From the NCBI GenBank assembly GCA_011388275.1, contig DSAB01000119.1, positions 110,045 through 174,044 on the forward strand: a stretch of DNA of 64,000 bases, given 5' to 3'. A program made the position numbers and the translations under genes. How positions within the stretch are numbered: position 1 is the first letter of the stretch; each line of letters begins with the position of its first letter. Positions 30,165 through 40,020 of this stretch are shown here, piece by piece. Source of the DNA: a bacterium. Lineage in GTDB: Bacteria > Zhuqueibacterota > QNDG01 > DSAB01. Under the pieces are notes generated by a model. That model ran no database searches and was not told where the DNA came from. It saw only the letters and a list, made by a program, of their open reading frames with translations.

Positions 30165-30653
30165 TCATTGGGCATTATCGGACGACTTCAACGGTTTGCT
30201 TTCTTGTGAAGGTTCTTTTTTAATAAAAACATGAAAACAGAGTATCAACATACCGATAACCACAGCCGAATCCGCGATGTTGAATACGGGCCATCTGACC
30301 CGGCCGAACCCTATATCAAGGAAATCCACAACCTGCTGATGCAGCACACGATCGATCAGATTTCCAGCCGCCCCGCCTAAAATGCAAGCCAGACTTCCCT
30401 TTAGAAGCATGCCCTCATCTTTATGAATCAGCAAATAGATGAGCACCCCAAGACTCGCCAGAATGGATAAAATCGTAAAAATATAACCGTGCTGGATTCG
30501 AATACCAAAAGCCATGCCGGGATTTTCCACATAAGTAAATCGAACCACATCACCCAATATCGGTATGGATTCACCCAGTACCATAGTATGCCTGACAATT
30601 CCCTTGGTTATTTGATCCAGAATAAACGCGGAGGCAAAAATAAAAACAATCAA
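30165..30653 (-). CDS. lspA: Lipoprotein signal peptidase II
   Basis: DQITK, NPGMAFG, GNLIDR, VVDFLD, WPVFNIADS. Confidence 0.96.
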   Translation of the reverse strand: MIVFIFASAFILDQITKGIVRHTMVLGESIPILGDVVRFTYVENPGMAFGIRIQHGYIFTILSILASLGVLIYLLIHKDEGMLLKGSLACILGGAAGNLIDRVLHQQVVDFLDIGFGRVRWPVFNIADSAVVIGMLILCFHVFIKKEPSQESKPLKSSDNAQ

Positions 30654-31057
30654 TGACCATCCTCCTCTTTCTGGTCTTCATTTATTTTCAACTCTTCTTC
30701 TCTGGATTTGCACTGGATGCACAGCCTTGCATGGGGAACCGCTTCCAGACGTTCTTTATTGATCGGCTGCTGGCAGCTGTGGCACAGACCGTAAACTCCT
30801 TCATCCAGTCGCTCAAGGGCCTGATCGATATGGTACAAAAGACGGCCATCGCGCTGGGCATAAAAAAAGTTTTTTTCTCTTTGCATGGTATCCGTTCCCT
30901 GATCGGCCATATGAAAGGCATAGGCCGAATGGTCACCCGACGACTCTCTGTTGGTGGATTCCATCTCCACGTCTTTGATAAAAGCCATCTGATTCAGTAA
31001 TTCCATGCGTTTGTCCAAAAGAAGCTTTTTATAACGTGCCTTTTCTCTCTGGTTCAT
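30650..31057 (-). CDS. TraR/DksA C4 zinc-finger protein
   Basis: HMADQGTD, ALERL..YGLC..C..RLEAVPHARLC..C. Confidence 0.92.
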   Translation of the reverse strand: MNQREKARYKKLLLDKRMELLNQMAFIKDVEMESTNRESSGDHSAYAFHMADQGTDTMQREKNFFYAQRDGRLLYHIDQALERLDEGVYGLCHSCQQPINKERLEAVPHARLCIQCKSREEELKINEDQKEEDGH

Positions 31058-34000
31058 CCAGATTCTCCTCTATGGTTTTGATTCCTCTTTAATTCAACCC
31101 GTTCAATATTGACGACAAGTGATTCGTTTTCAATATTCAGTTTGTATCCATCTCCCCTTTGATTTTCAAAGGGCTGAATATCCAATGCCAGAGTTTCACT
31201 GATAATATAATCCCGTTTTTGCTGAATGGCATTTGCCATTTTCCCATCGGCTTTGTAAAAGATATCGATTCGATCGGTCACGCAATAACCCGCTTCCTTG
31301 CGAAGATTCTGTATGCGATTGACGAATTCACGGGCATACCCCTCATCAATCAGATCATCATCCAGTTCAATGTCCAGGGCGATGATCAGATCCCCCTCTT
31401 GCTGAATTATGTAACCTTTCATCGGTTCCGTGACAAGCTCGACATCATCCAGTTCCACCTTTCCATGACTTCCTTTATCCACCATCACATGGATCGACTC
31501 TCCCTGCTCGAGCCGTTCGATCTCTTTATCTGTAAAACCGCGAATCACCTCCGCAGCCTGATTGACATGCGAGCCGAATTTTGGACCCAAACGTTTAAAA
31601 ACCGGTTTTGTTTTACGGAGCATTAAAAAAGATGAATCATTGGTATATTCGATTTTCTTGACATTGACTTCTTCCAAAACGATCGATTGAAGCTGCCGGA
31701 TCGCTTCCTGAACAGTTTTTCCTGCACAGACGACAACCCGCCTGAGAGGCTGTCGAATCTTGATTTTGGCTTCATTCCTTGCGGCGCGGCAAAGCACAAC
31801 AACCTGACGGGCTCGGTTCATTCGGCTGATAAGATCTCTATCGATGGTCTGAAATGCAGATTCCGTGGGGTCCGGATAATCTGCCAGGTGCACACTCTCA
31901 CATGAATCAACGGCGTGGGTATTGAGATTTTGATACATGGCTTCTGCCAGGAATGGAATAAACGGAGCCGTCATTTTGCTGACGGTCATGAGCACATCGA
32001 ATAATGTCTGAAACGCGCTCTGTTTATCGAGTCCCATCTCGGATTTCCAAAACCGCCTTCGGTTACGCCGTACATACCAGTTGGAGACATCATCGATAAC
32101 GAACTCCTGAATGCTTCGAGCGGCTTTGGTTACATCGAATCGTTTCAGGTATTCACAGACCCGATGTATCAATTCATTTCTGACAGAAATCAGCCATCGA
32201 TCGATTTCGGGTCTGGAGGCGAATGGAATGGGATCACCGATTCCGGTAAATTCATCAATATTGGCATACAACACGAAAAAACCGTACGTATTGATCAACG
32301 TACCGAAGAATTTGCGCAGGACCTCATCCAGGCCTTCATCGTCAAAACGCGTGGGCACCCATGGAGGGCTGACCGTGAAGAGATACCACCGCAATGGATC
32401 CGCTCCGTATCGATTCAGAATATCGAATGGATCCACTGCATTTCCCCTGGATTTGGACATCTTTCTACCGTCTTTATCCAATATAAGCTCAATGGAAAGA
32501 CACTGTTTATAGGATGATTTTCCGGAAATCATGGTAGAAATGGCCAGCATCGAATAAAACCATCCTCTTGTCTGATCCACTCCCTCTGCGATAAAATCGG
32601 CTGGGAATTGTTCATAAAATGTGTCTTCTCCGCAAAAAGGATAATGCATTTGCGCATAGGGCATGGAGCCCGAATCGAACCAGCAATCAATGACTTCCGG
32701 AGTGCGATGCATGGTACTTCCACAATCCTGACAAGGGAAAGTGACTTCATCAATAAAGGGTTTATGTAAATCTTCAATGGTTTCTTTTCCCGACCATTTC
32801 TTTAAAGTTGCGATGTCGGGTACGGCCTTTTGATTTTTGCAGGCTGAACAGATCCAAATATTCAGCGGTGTTCCCCAATAACGGTCACGAGACAATGCCC
32901 AATCCACATTATTGACCAGCCACTGGCCGAATCTTCCTTCTCCGACTTCTCTGGGAAACCACTGAATGGACTCATTGTTTTTCAGCAGCTGATCTTTGAC
33001 TCTGGTGGTTCGAAGATACCACGATTTTTTCGCATAATACAGCAAAGGTGAATCACAACGCCAGCAATGCGGATAAGAATGGGTGTACCAGTCGCTTTTA
33101 TACAAGCGATTGTTCTCTTTGAGATTGACAAAAATCTCTTTTTCCAGCGCCTCCTCTTTGACATAACGGCCTTTCCATAGCGGAACCCGTTCATTGAAGC
33201 GTCCCTGATCATCCACAGTATGCTTCGCGGGCAGACCGACCCGCATTCCCAATCGATAATCGTCTTCACCGTACATCACCGCGGTATGAACCACTCCCGT
33301 CCCCTCTTCTGTCGTGACAAAATCGTCACAGGTCACATAGTAAGCCGGATGGCTCTCATCGGCCAGATTCACAAAATTGAACAGGGGCAGGTAATGCCAT
33401 CCTTCCATCTCCTCTCCTGAAAAGGTTCGCAGTACGGTATATTGCCCCTCCAGGATATCGAGCCGGTCTTCAGCCAGATAATAGATCTCCGCTTTTCCAC
33501 CGGTTTCCTGTTTGACCTCGGCGTAAACTATTTCTTTACCAACCGCGAGCGCCACATTGCCCGGCAGAGTCCATGGAGTCGTGGTCCACGCCAGAATATA
33601 TCTTCCTTTTCCTTCCGTCAGTTGAAACTTGGCAATAACAGACCGTTCTCTGACCTCACGATAGCCCAGAGAAGTTTCATGACTGGAAAGAGCGGTTTCG
33701 CATCGCGGGCAGTAGGGCAGAATCTTGAAACCCTGATACAGAAAATCTTTTTCCCATAATTCTGCCAGCAGCCACCACACGGTTTCGATATACTCATTGG
33801 TATATGTGATATACGGATCGTCGAGATCGAGCCAGAAACCGATTCTCCGGGTCATCTCATTCCACTCTTTCAAATAGGTGAACACCGATTCCCGGCACTT
33901 TCGGTTGAATTTGTCCACACCATAGGCTTCAATCTGTTCCTTGTTATCAAATCCAAGTTGTTTTTCTACTTCGATCTCAACAGGCAGTCCGTGTGTATCC

Positions 34001-34257
34001 CAACCGGCCTTACGCGTTACCCGGTAACCCTGCATGGTCTTGTATCGGCAGACAAAATCCTTGATGATTCGGGAGATGACATGGTGAATACCAGGCCTGC
34101 CATTGGCCGTGGGCGGACCCTCATAGAAGACAAAGGATTTCGATTGATTTCGGTTCTCAATGGATTTTCGAAACACAAATTCCCTGTCCCAGAATTCCAG
34201 AATCTGATTTTCCAGATCGGGAAAATGAAAGGGCATTTTTACTGCATCAAAAGCCAA
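31054..34257 (-). CDS. ileS: Isoleucine--tRNA ligase, type 2
   Basis: YEGPPTANG, GWDTHGLPVE, WTTTPWTLP, DQTRGWF, KMSKS; type 2 C-terminus AREFVNRIQNLRK. Confidence 0.97.
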   Translation of the reverse strand: MAFDAVKMPFHFPDLENQILEFWDREFVFRKSIENRNQSKSFVFYEGPPTANGRPGIHHVISRIIKDFVCRYKTMQGYRVTRKAGWDTHGLPVEIEVEKQLGFDNKEQIEAYGVDKFNRKCRESVFTYLKEWNEMTRRIGFWLDLDDPYITYTNEYIETVWWLLAELWEKDFLYQGFKILPYCPRCETALSSHETSLGYREVRERSVIAKFQLTEGKGRYILAWTTTPWTLPGNVALAVGKEIVYAEVKQETGGKAEIYYLAEDRLDILEGQYTVLRTFSGEEMEGWHYLPLFNFVNLADESHPAYYVTCDDFVTTEEGTGVVHTAVMYGEDDYRLGMRVGLPAKHTVDDQGRFNERVPLWKGRYVKEEALEKEIFVNLKENNRLYKSDWYTHSYPHCWRCDSPLLYYAKKSWYLRTTRVKDQLLKNNESIQWFPREVGEGRFGQWLVNNVDWALSRDRYWGTPLNIWICSACKNQKAVPDIATLKKWSGKETIEDLHKPFIDEVTFPCQDCGSTMHRTPEVIDCWFDSGSMPYAQMHYPFCGEDTFYEQFPADFIAEGVDQTRGWFYSMLAISTMISGKSSYKQCLSIELILDKDGRKMSKSRGNAVDPFDILNRYGADPLRWYLFTVSPPWVPTRFDDEGLDEVLRKFFGTLINTYGFFVLYANIDEFTGIGDPIPFASRPEIDRWLISVRNELIHRVCEYLKRFDVTKAARSIQEFVIDDVSNWYVRRNRRRFWKSEMGLDKQSAFQTLFDVLMTVSKMTAPFIPFLAEAMYQNLNTHAVDSCESVHLADYPDPTESAFQTIDRDLISRMNRARQVVVLCRAARNEAKIKIRQPLRRVVVCAGKTVQEAIRQLQSIVLEEVNVKKIEYTNDSSFLMLRKTKPVFKRLGPKFGSHVNQAAEVIRGFTDKEIERLEQGESIHVMVDKGSHGKVELDDVELVTEPMKGYIIQQEGDLIIALDIELDDDLIDEGYAREFVNRIQNLRKEAGYCVTDRIDIFYKADGKMANAIQQKRDYIISETLALDIQPFENQRGDGYKLNIENESLVVNIERVELKRNQNHRGESG

Positions 34258-34299
34258 GGACTGCTCCAGATTTTAGAAGAAACCATGTTTCATGAGATA

Positions 34300-35175
34300 T
34301 TATTTCTGAATGTATTTCCCGATCAGCAGATCCAGACGGCGTGACTGCTCTCTGCTGATCATCGACGGATCGGTTACAATCGAGTTGGCCAAAGCGGAGG
34401 CACATTCACAATGACGTTCCGGCGGGATATTCAGGATTGCCTGATGAATTATTTTCTTAACAGCGATAATATTGCGACGCAGATTTTCCATTATCACATC
34501 CACGCTTACGGTGTGGTCGTGCCCTTCAAACCAGCAATCGTAATCAGTAACCATGGCCAGCGTGCAGTAACAGATTTCGGCTTCCCTGGCCAGTTTGGCT
34601 TCAGTCAGGTTGGTCATGCCGATCACATCCAGACCCCATGATCTGTATAAATTCGATTCGGCTCTGGTTGAGAAAGCCGGACCTTCGATATTCAAATAGG
34701 TTCCGCCCCAATGAAGCCGGCTTCCTTCTCCTGTTTCATGACCGGCTTCAAATACCACTTTTCTCAATTCCTCACAAACCGGATGGGCAAATACGATGTG
34801 CGCAGCAACACCATCGCCAAAAAAGGTATCCTTTCGACTCCGAGTCCGATCGATAAACTGATCGATAAGGACAATATCAAGGGGCTGTATCTCCTTTTTC
34901 ATGGAACCTACGGCGGATATTGAAAGAATCCATTCGACATCAAGAGACTTCAATGCCCAAATATTGGCCCTGCAGTTAATCGCGGACGGCAGGATTCGAT
35001 GGCCTCTTCCATGACGGGGAAGAAAAACGATCTCACGTCCATGTAACTCGGCGATATCGAATTCATCGGAAGGATCACCAAAGGGTGTGTCGACGTGAAT
35101 TCTGCGCTTAATCTGTATTTCATCCACGCTGTAGAATCCACTGCCACCGATAATTCCGATACGCTTCTTGCTCAT
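34300..35175 (-). CDS. mtnP: S-methyl-5'-thioadenosine phosphorylase
   Basis: GIIGGSG, PRHG, EGPAFSTRAES, IGMT, VTDYDCW. Confidence 0.93.
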   Translation of the reverse strand: MSKKRIGIIGGSGFYSVDEIQIKRRIHVDTPFGDPSDEFDIAELHGREIVFLPRHGRGHRILPSAINCRANIWALKSLDVEWILSISAVGSMKKEIQPLDIVLIDQFIDRTRSRKDTFFGDGVAAHIVFAHPVCEELRKVVFEAGHETGEGSRLHWGGTYLNIEGPAFSTRAESNLYRSWGLDVIGMTNLTEAKLAREAEICYCTLAMVTDYDCWFEGHDHTVSVDVIMENLRRNIIAVKKIIHQAILNIPPERHCECASALANSIVTDPSMISREQSRRLDLLIGKYIQK

Positions 35176-35244
35176 CCAGTATTCTCCTGTTTCATTGGAT
35201 GCATCTTTTCATATCCTTAAAAGTTAAATCATGCTCAAATAGTT

Positions 35245-35829
35245 TTACTCTTCATTATTCTCTCTGCTGTCATGAGCGGTAAAAGGTTTTCGATCCCGTT
35301 TGTGCTCTGAAGAAAGGCGTATATCATTGACTGTTCTGATCGCCTCTCTTCTGTCCATGGCACGACCCGCACGAAAAAACATGAATGTGCCCAAGGTTCC
35401 AAACCCCAGAGTGGTTGCGGCTAAAACATTTCCCGATTCTTTTCCCAGCATCGACCCCAGGAAGAAACTGCTTCCAAAGCTTAACACACCACCCCCCAGG
35501 GTGTATATCACCGTGTTCTTACTGGTTTTTACAGATTGAATCTCTTCTTCAGAGATACCTCTTCCAAATTGATCATACACAGGAGGCTTTCGCCTGATCA
35601 GCCGGATTGTATTCTTGGGTACTGAGATCGCACTATTTTGACTGGCAAGCAGAACCAGCTGATGCGGTTCGGATTTCATCACTGTGCCCTGAATTTTTTC
35701 TCCGTTCTGCAATATGATTTCCAGAAAATTGGAGGGTTCTGCCTCTTCAAAATGGATATATGGCCGCTTGGCACATCCTGTCAATCCCGTCAGCACGATA
35801 ACAGACAGGATGATTTTGCTCTTCACCAT
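35245..35829 (-). CDS. Hypothetical lipoprotein (Sm-like domain plus Gly-rich TM helices)
   Basis: ATG 35829 with GGGAGG SD; lipobox LTGC; two C-terminal hydrophobic Gly-rich segments. Confidence 0.7.
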   Translation of the reverse strand: MVKSKIILSVIVLTGLTGCAKRPYIHFEEAEPSNFLEIILQNGEKIQGTVMKSEPHQLVLLASQNSAISVPKNTIRLIRRKPPVYDQFGRGISEEEIQSVKTSKNTVIYTLGGGVLSFGSSFFLGSMLGKESGNVLAATTLGFGTLGTFMFFRAGRAMDRREAIRTVNDIRLSSEHKRDRKPFTAHDSRENNEE

Positions 35830-35915
35830 AAAAACCTCCCGCGATAAGACAAATAAATCCGTATCGACATGTGAAATATGCCAAAACGGAAGTCTTCTAA
35901 ACAGCATTTTTTCGA

Positions 35916-36431
35916 TTAGCGGTCTTGAGCAGATTCGGGCCTTGAATGACCTTTTCTGGACAGACTATCACCGTTTACAACATCATCGATTTCCAAAACC
36001 CGTATCAGCTCAATCTGGGATTCCAATAAATGTTTCAACCTTTTAGAAAATGATTCTTTTTGTGATCGAAGAATATTGAGTTCATTCTTCATTTTATCGA
36101 TCTTTCCCCTGGCCTCATCCAGAATCCTCTCGGCTTTAAGTTCCGCTTCCCTCAGAATGATCTGGGCTTCCCGTTTGGAATTTTCCTTTGATTGGGTTAC
36201 GGATTCCTGAGCGTTCATCAATGTCTCTTGAAGTGTTTTCTCGACCTGCTGATAATCCCGAAGCTGGGTTTTCAGTTTTATCACTTCATCATTCAGTCTT
36301 TTACGGTCATTCAAGATCTCTTCAAACTCTTCGGAGACCATCTCGAGAAACGCCTCGACTTCAGACGGATCAAATCCGCGAACCTTAACCTTAAAATCTT
36401 GTTTTTTGATTTCAAGAGGTGTTAATTTCAC
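35916..36431 (-). CDS. divIVA: DivIVA domain protein
   Basis: MKLTPLEIKKQDF..RGF...EVEAFL followed by a coiled coil. Confidence 0.92.
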   Translation of the reverse strand: MKLTPLEIKKQDFKVKVRGFDPSEVEAFLEMVSEEFEEILNDRKRLNDEVIKLKTQLRDYQQVEKTLQETLMNAQESVTQSKENSKREAQIILREAELKAERILDEARGKIDKMKNELNILRSQKESFSKRLKHLLESQIELIRVLEIDDVVNGDSLSRKGHSRPESAQDR

Positions 36432-36507
36432 CGTTTTTCACTCCCTGAACAACCGGTCTTGCATCATGATCCAACAAACAGCGGAATTGAAATGAATGAA
36501 TTTTTTC

Positions 36508-36536
36508 AATATAAACCTTTCTCTCACAAAATGCAA
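36508..36536 (-). promoter_or_regulatory. sigma70-type promoter of the divIVA-ileS run
   Basis: TTGCAT-17-TATATT. Confidence 0.55.
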
Positions 36537-36550
36537 CTATATTTTAGAAC

Positions 36551-38557
36551 TCATCGAACGTATAGTAATTTCATTGTGTTAACCGTTTTTGCACTTCGAA
36601 AACGGCAAAAATATATCCCGGAAGGCACCGACATTCCGGCACTGTTGTTCCCGTTCCATATCACTTCATTGATTCCCTGTGAAACATTCTGATCCAGCAG
36701 AGTCGTGATTCTTTGTCCGCGCAGGTTGAAAATTTCCAAAGTCACACGGGCGCTTTCGTAAACTGAAAAACGTATTCTGACCGATTCGTTAAACGGATTG
36801 GGGTATGCCGAAAGAAGCCGAAACCCTTCAGTTTTTTCTCCACCGACGAAATATCCAAGAGTGGTATCCGTTGAAATTGTATATAAGCGATGGGGAGAAT
36901 CCAGAGGGACCTGATGCATGGAACCATCTTGCCAGGTTTCAAAATAGAATTGAATTTCATCAAAGACGTCCTCACCGGGAAGTCGAAAGCGAACCCTGAA
37001 ATCGGATTGATTTGATGGTATGAACGCCGGGTATTTTACGAAATTCGATGAACGGTTGCATCGATAGTGTATAAATACCGAATCCGGTTTGATGTCATCC
37101 TTGTAAAAAACATCGCTTTCAAGAACAAATTCACCGTTTGAAAGATCGGAAACAGCGGACACACGGGTGAAGATCGGTCCATGGAAAAAGACCGCTTCAT
37201 AAGCATTGATAATACCCCATCCCAAATCATTGTCCGGAGTCTCCCACTGAGAGGCGGTTTGCCGAAGCGCTTCACGCACTTCCATGGGAGTCAGTTCAGG
37301 ACGGGCCTGCAGCATCAGCGCACACACACCGGCAGCCAAAGGGCTGGAAAAGGAAGTTCCGCTTACACCGTAATATCCGCCGTATGAATGTAAATCGACG
37401 GTTACAACACCCGTTCCCAAAGCCATGACATCCGGCTTGAACCGGCCATCCGCAGTCGGACCGACCGAACTGAAATAGGTGGAATTTCCACCCGCTGTGA
37501 CGGCTCCCACAGCAATCACACTGTCCCCATCAGCAGGACTGATAATATAATGCCAGGGTTCATGCCTGGAATTTCCCGCGGCTGACAGAAAGACAACTCC
37601 TTTTGAAACAGCAATGTCGGCAGCCACAGTAGGAATAAACGTGTCTCCATCCAGATCTTCTGTACGATAATCCGGACCGTTCACGAAAGTATAAAAAGCC
37701 AGTGAATTTGTGACAATATCCACACCTCTGGATTCAAGCCATTCCAGACCGGCCACCCAATAATCGATCTCAATCGTATCATCCGAGACATCGACCAGCT
37801 CGGTTTTGGCCAGAGCAAAAGAGGCTTCATGAGCAGCCCCCATCATGTAACCGGGATGATAGGCACCTATCACTGCAAGCACCTGGGTCCCATGAATTTG
37901 CTGCTCCGGATGATCTCCATATTCATTTGACGTAATAAAATCATTTTGAACAAAATCATATTCTGTATAGATGTGTATATCGGAAAGCGCAATATGTGTT
38001 CTCGTATTGAATCCTGTATCGAGCAGCCCCACACGGACACCCTTGCCTGTAAGCCCCAGGGCATGCACTTCAGGTAACCGGATCTGACCAAGCTGAACCG
38101 CGCTGTATCCGTAAAGGTCGTCCACACGGGATGAAGATTTGGAAATGCTTCGAGGATGTTGATCTGGTTCGGGATTGTGTTTCCAGGTTCGCACAGGATG
38201 GATCGTCCTTACAAATGGTAAAGATTGAAGTCTGGATATGATGGATTCGGAACACCGCACTGTAACCGCGTTAAGCCATCGTGATCTCTGAATCACTTGA
38301 CAACCCATCCTTTCGATGGCATTCAGATAAGGCTGATAGATCGGAATATCCCGGCTGTCCCAGCTTCCGGTACTGCCCCTTTTTAATCTTCGCTCCACTG
38401 CCAGCGGATGAATCCCATTCTGCAAAGGATTCCACTGTTCGGCAGCCGGTACCTCTTTGTCTGTAAAGAATATCCAAATTTTCTTTTCTGCTTCGCCGGG
38501 AAGCACCGTATCTGTAAAGCAAAACAGAATGATAAGGCAACACAATATCCCTTTCAT
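36551..38557 (-). CDS. S8 subtilisin-like serine peptidase with C-terminal T9SS-type/FlgD-Ig sorting domain
   Basis: Signal peptide; triad LLDTG / HGTQV / GTSFSSP; AAGN; C-terminus YPNPFN...IFNLRGQ...WNG...SGIYF...KL. Confidence 0.92.
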   Translation of the reverse strand: MKGILCCLIILFCFTDTVLPGEAEKKIWIFFTDKEVPAAEQWNPLQNGIHPLAVERRLKRGSTGSWDSRDIPIYQPYLNAIERMGCQVIQRSRWLNAVTVRCSESIISRLQSLPFVRTIHPVRTWKHNPEPDQHPRSISKSSSRVDDLYGYSAVQLGQIRLPEVHALGLTGKGVRVGLLDTGFNTRTHIALSDIHIYTEYDFVQNDFITSNEYGDHPEQQIHGTQVLAVIGAYHPGYMMGAAHEASFALAKTELVDVSDDTIEIDYWVAGLEWLESRGVDIVTNSLAFYTFVNGPDYRTEDLDGDTFIPTVAADIAVSKGVVFLSAAGNSRHEPWHYIISPADGDSVIAVGAVTAGGNSTYFSSVGPTADGRFKPDVMALGTGVVTVDLHSYGGYYGVSGTSFSSPLAAGVCALMLQARPELTPMEVREALRQTASQWETPDNDLGWGIINAYEAVFFHGPIFTRVSAVSDLSNGEFVLESDVFYKDDIKPDSVFIHYRCNRSSNFVKYPAFIPSNQSDFRVRFRLPGEDVFDEIQFYFETWQDGSMHQVPLDSPHRLYTISTDTTLGYFVGGEKTEGFRLLSAYPNPFNESVRIRFSVYESARVTLEIFNLRGQRITTLLDQNVSQGINEVIWNGNNSAGMSVPSGIYFCRFRSAKTVNTMKLLYVR

Positions 38558-38634
38558 CCTCGCTCCTCGTGCCGAAAGATATCTTTCTATAATAATACGA
38601 AAGTGATTTTAAAGAAACAACGATGAATTTGTTC

Positions 38635-38663
38635 TTGATTTAATAGTGAAGAGGTCCTATATT
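38635..38663 (+). promoter_or_regulatory. sigma70-type promoter of the GT2 gene
   Basis: TTGATT-17-TATATT; implies a start codon at 38689 or 38701 rather than 38662. Confidence 0.55.
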
Positions 38664-38688
38664 GATAGCGGTTCCTCCTACAAACCTG

Positions 38689-39807
38689 ATGACGGATCCC
38701 ATGATTCTATTTCTCTTCACAGGTGCGCTCTTCCTCTTTTATGCCTTACTGCTCACCTGGCTTTCCGGAGGTTTCCGGCGATTGCGCCCGTCTTTAATTC
38801 GGCACTATCCATCTCTCAGCATTATTGTACCCGCTCATAATGAAGCACGTCATCTTCCGGTTCTGTTAAGCTGTCTTGAACGACAAATTTACCCGTCCGA
38901 CCGGCTGGAAATCATTCTGGTCAATGACCGTTCAAATGACGGAACGGAAAAGATCATGAAAAACTTCGTGAATCATCATGCCAGATCCTTCATGATTTCG
39001 ATCAAAGATGTCGATGAGGAATTCTCACCCAAGAAATACGCCATTACCCGCGGAATTGAGTCCGCGACAGGTGAAATCGTTCTCACAACCGATGCCGATG
39101 CGATACCCGGTCCCCGCTGGGCGGAAGCTATGGCCGGCTGTTTCGCTCCCGACACGGACATGGTGATCGGGTACGCGCCTTATCGAACCGACGGCCCGTA
39201 TGATTCTTTTTTTCATCGTCTTTTGGCTCTTGAATATTTTGTACTGGGATGTATCGGAGCCGCCTCTCTGGGGCGTGGATATCCAATATCCGCCAATGGA
39301 GCCAATTTGGCCTACAAGAGGAAGCGATTTATATCAACCGGAGGATTCGGTCCTGGACGGTGCATGATATCGGGTGACGATGATCTGCTCCTTCACCGGT
39401 TTCGATATGAGCGGGGCTTCCATGTCCGTTATGCCCTGTCCCGGGATGCCCGGGTCTTTAATAATCCTCCTTCCACCCTCCTTCGCTTTATCAAACAGCG
39501 TCTGCGCTTTTCGTCCAAACATCTGCGTTATCCTCCCAGGCTTCTCGCAGCCATGAGTCTCACGTATGCCTTTTATTCAGGGATTCTTTTGCTGATTGCC
39601 GGATCCATTCTTATGCCCTCATTGCGATGCGGCACTGCGATCCTTCTGTCAGGGAAAATCGCAGTGGAACTGTTTTTTCTGAGCCGCGGGAAACCATATC
39701 TCGAACAGCGAAACCTGATTCGATATTATCCCTTTGCCTTTTTTCCCCATCTCCTCTATGTTGTTTTAATTCCTTTTTTCGCGCGATTTCTACGAACCCG
39801 CTGGTAA
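38689..39807 (+). CDS. Membrane GT2 family glycosyltransferase
   Basis: N-terminal TM, IIVPAHNE, VNDRSND, TDAD, SGDDD, QRLRF (QxxRW-like), C-terminal TMs. Confidence 0.9.
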   Translation: MTDPMILFLFTGALFLFYALLLTWLSGGFRRLRPSLIRHYPSLSIIVPAHNEARHLPVLLSCLERQIYPSDRLEIILVNDRSNDGTEKIMKNFVNHHARSFMISIKDVDEEFSPKKYAITRGIESATGEIVLTTDADAIPGPRWAEAMAGCFAPDTDMVIGYAPYRTDGPYDSFFHRLLALEYFVLGCIGAASLGRGYPISANGANLAYKRKRFISTGGFGPGRCMISGDDDLLLHRFRYERGFHVRYALSRDARVFNNPPSTLLRFIKQRLRFSSKHLRYPPRLLAAMSLTYAFYSGILLLIAGSILMPSLRCGTAILLSGKIAVELFFLSRGKPYLEQRNLIRYYPFAFFPHLLYVVLIPFFARFLRTRW

Positions 39808-39859
39808 CCGAAATGTAAGGTTAATCCCGACAGCATTTATCCATGATTCTGTTTTTCAG

Positions 39860-39888
39860 TTGACAAACAGAAAGACTTTCCGTATCTT
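39860..39888 (+). promoter_or_regulatory. sigma70-type promoter of spt-cerS
   Basis: TTGACA-17-TATCTT. Confidence 0.6.
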
Positions 39889-40020
39889 CTTTGGATGCCA
39901 TTTTAAGCATGACCACGTTTCATATTCCTGGATTTCAATTTTTCACCCGAATCTTTTCGCTGATACCTGTTCTGGAAACGAGAATTGAATCTTATGATGA
40001 AAAGCCGAAAGGAGAATTCT

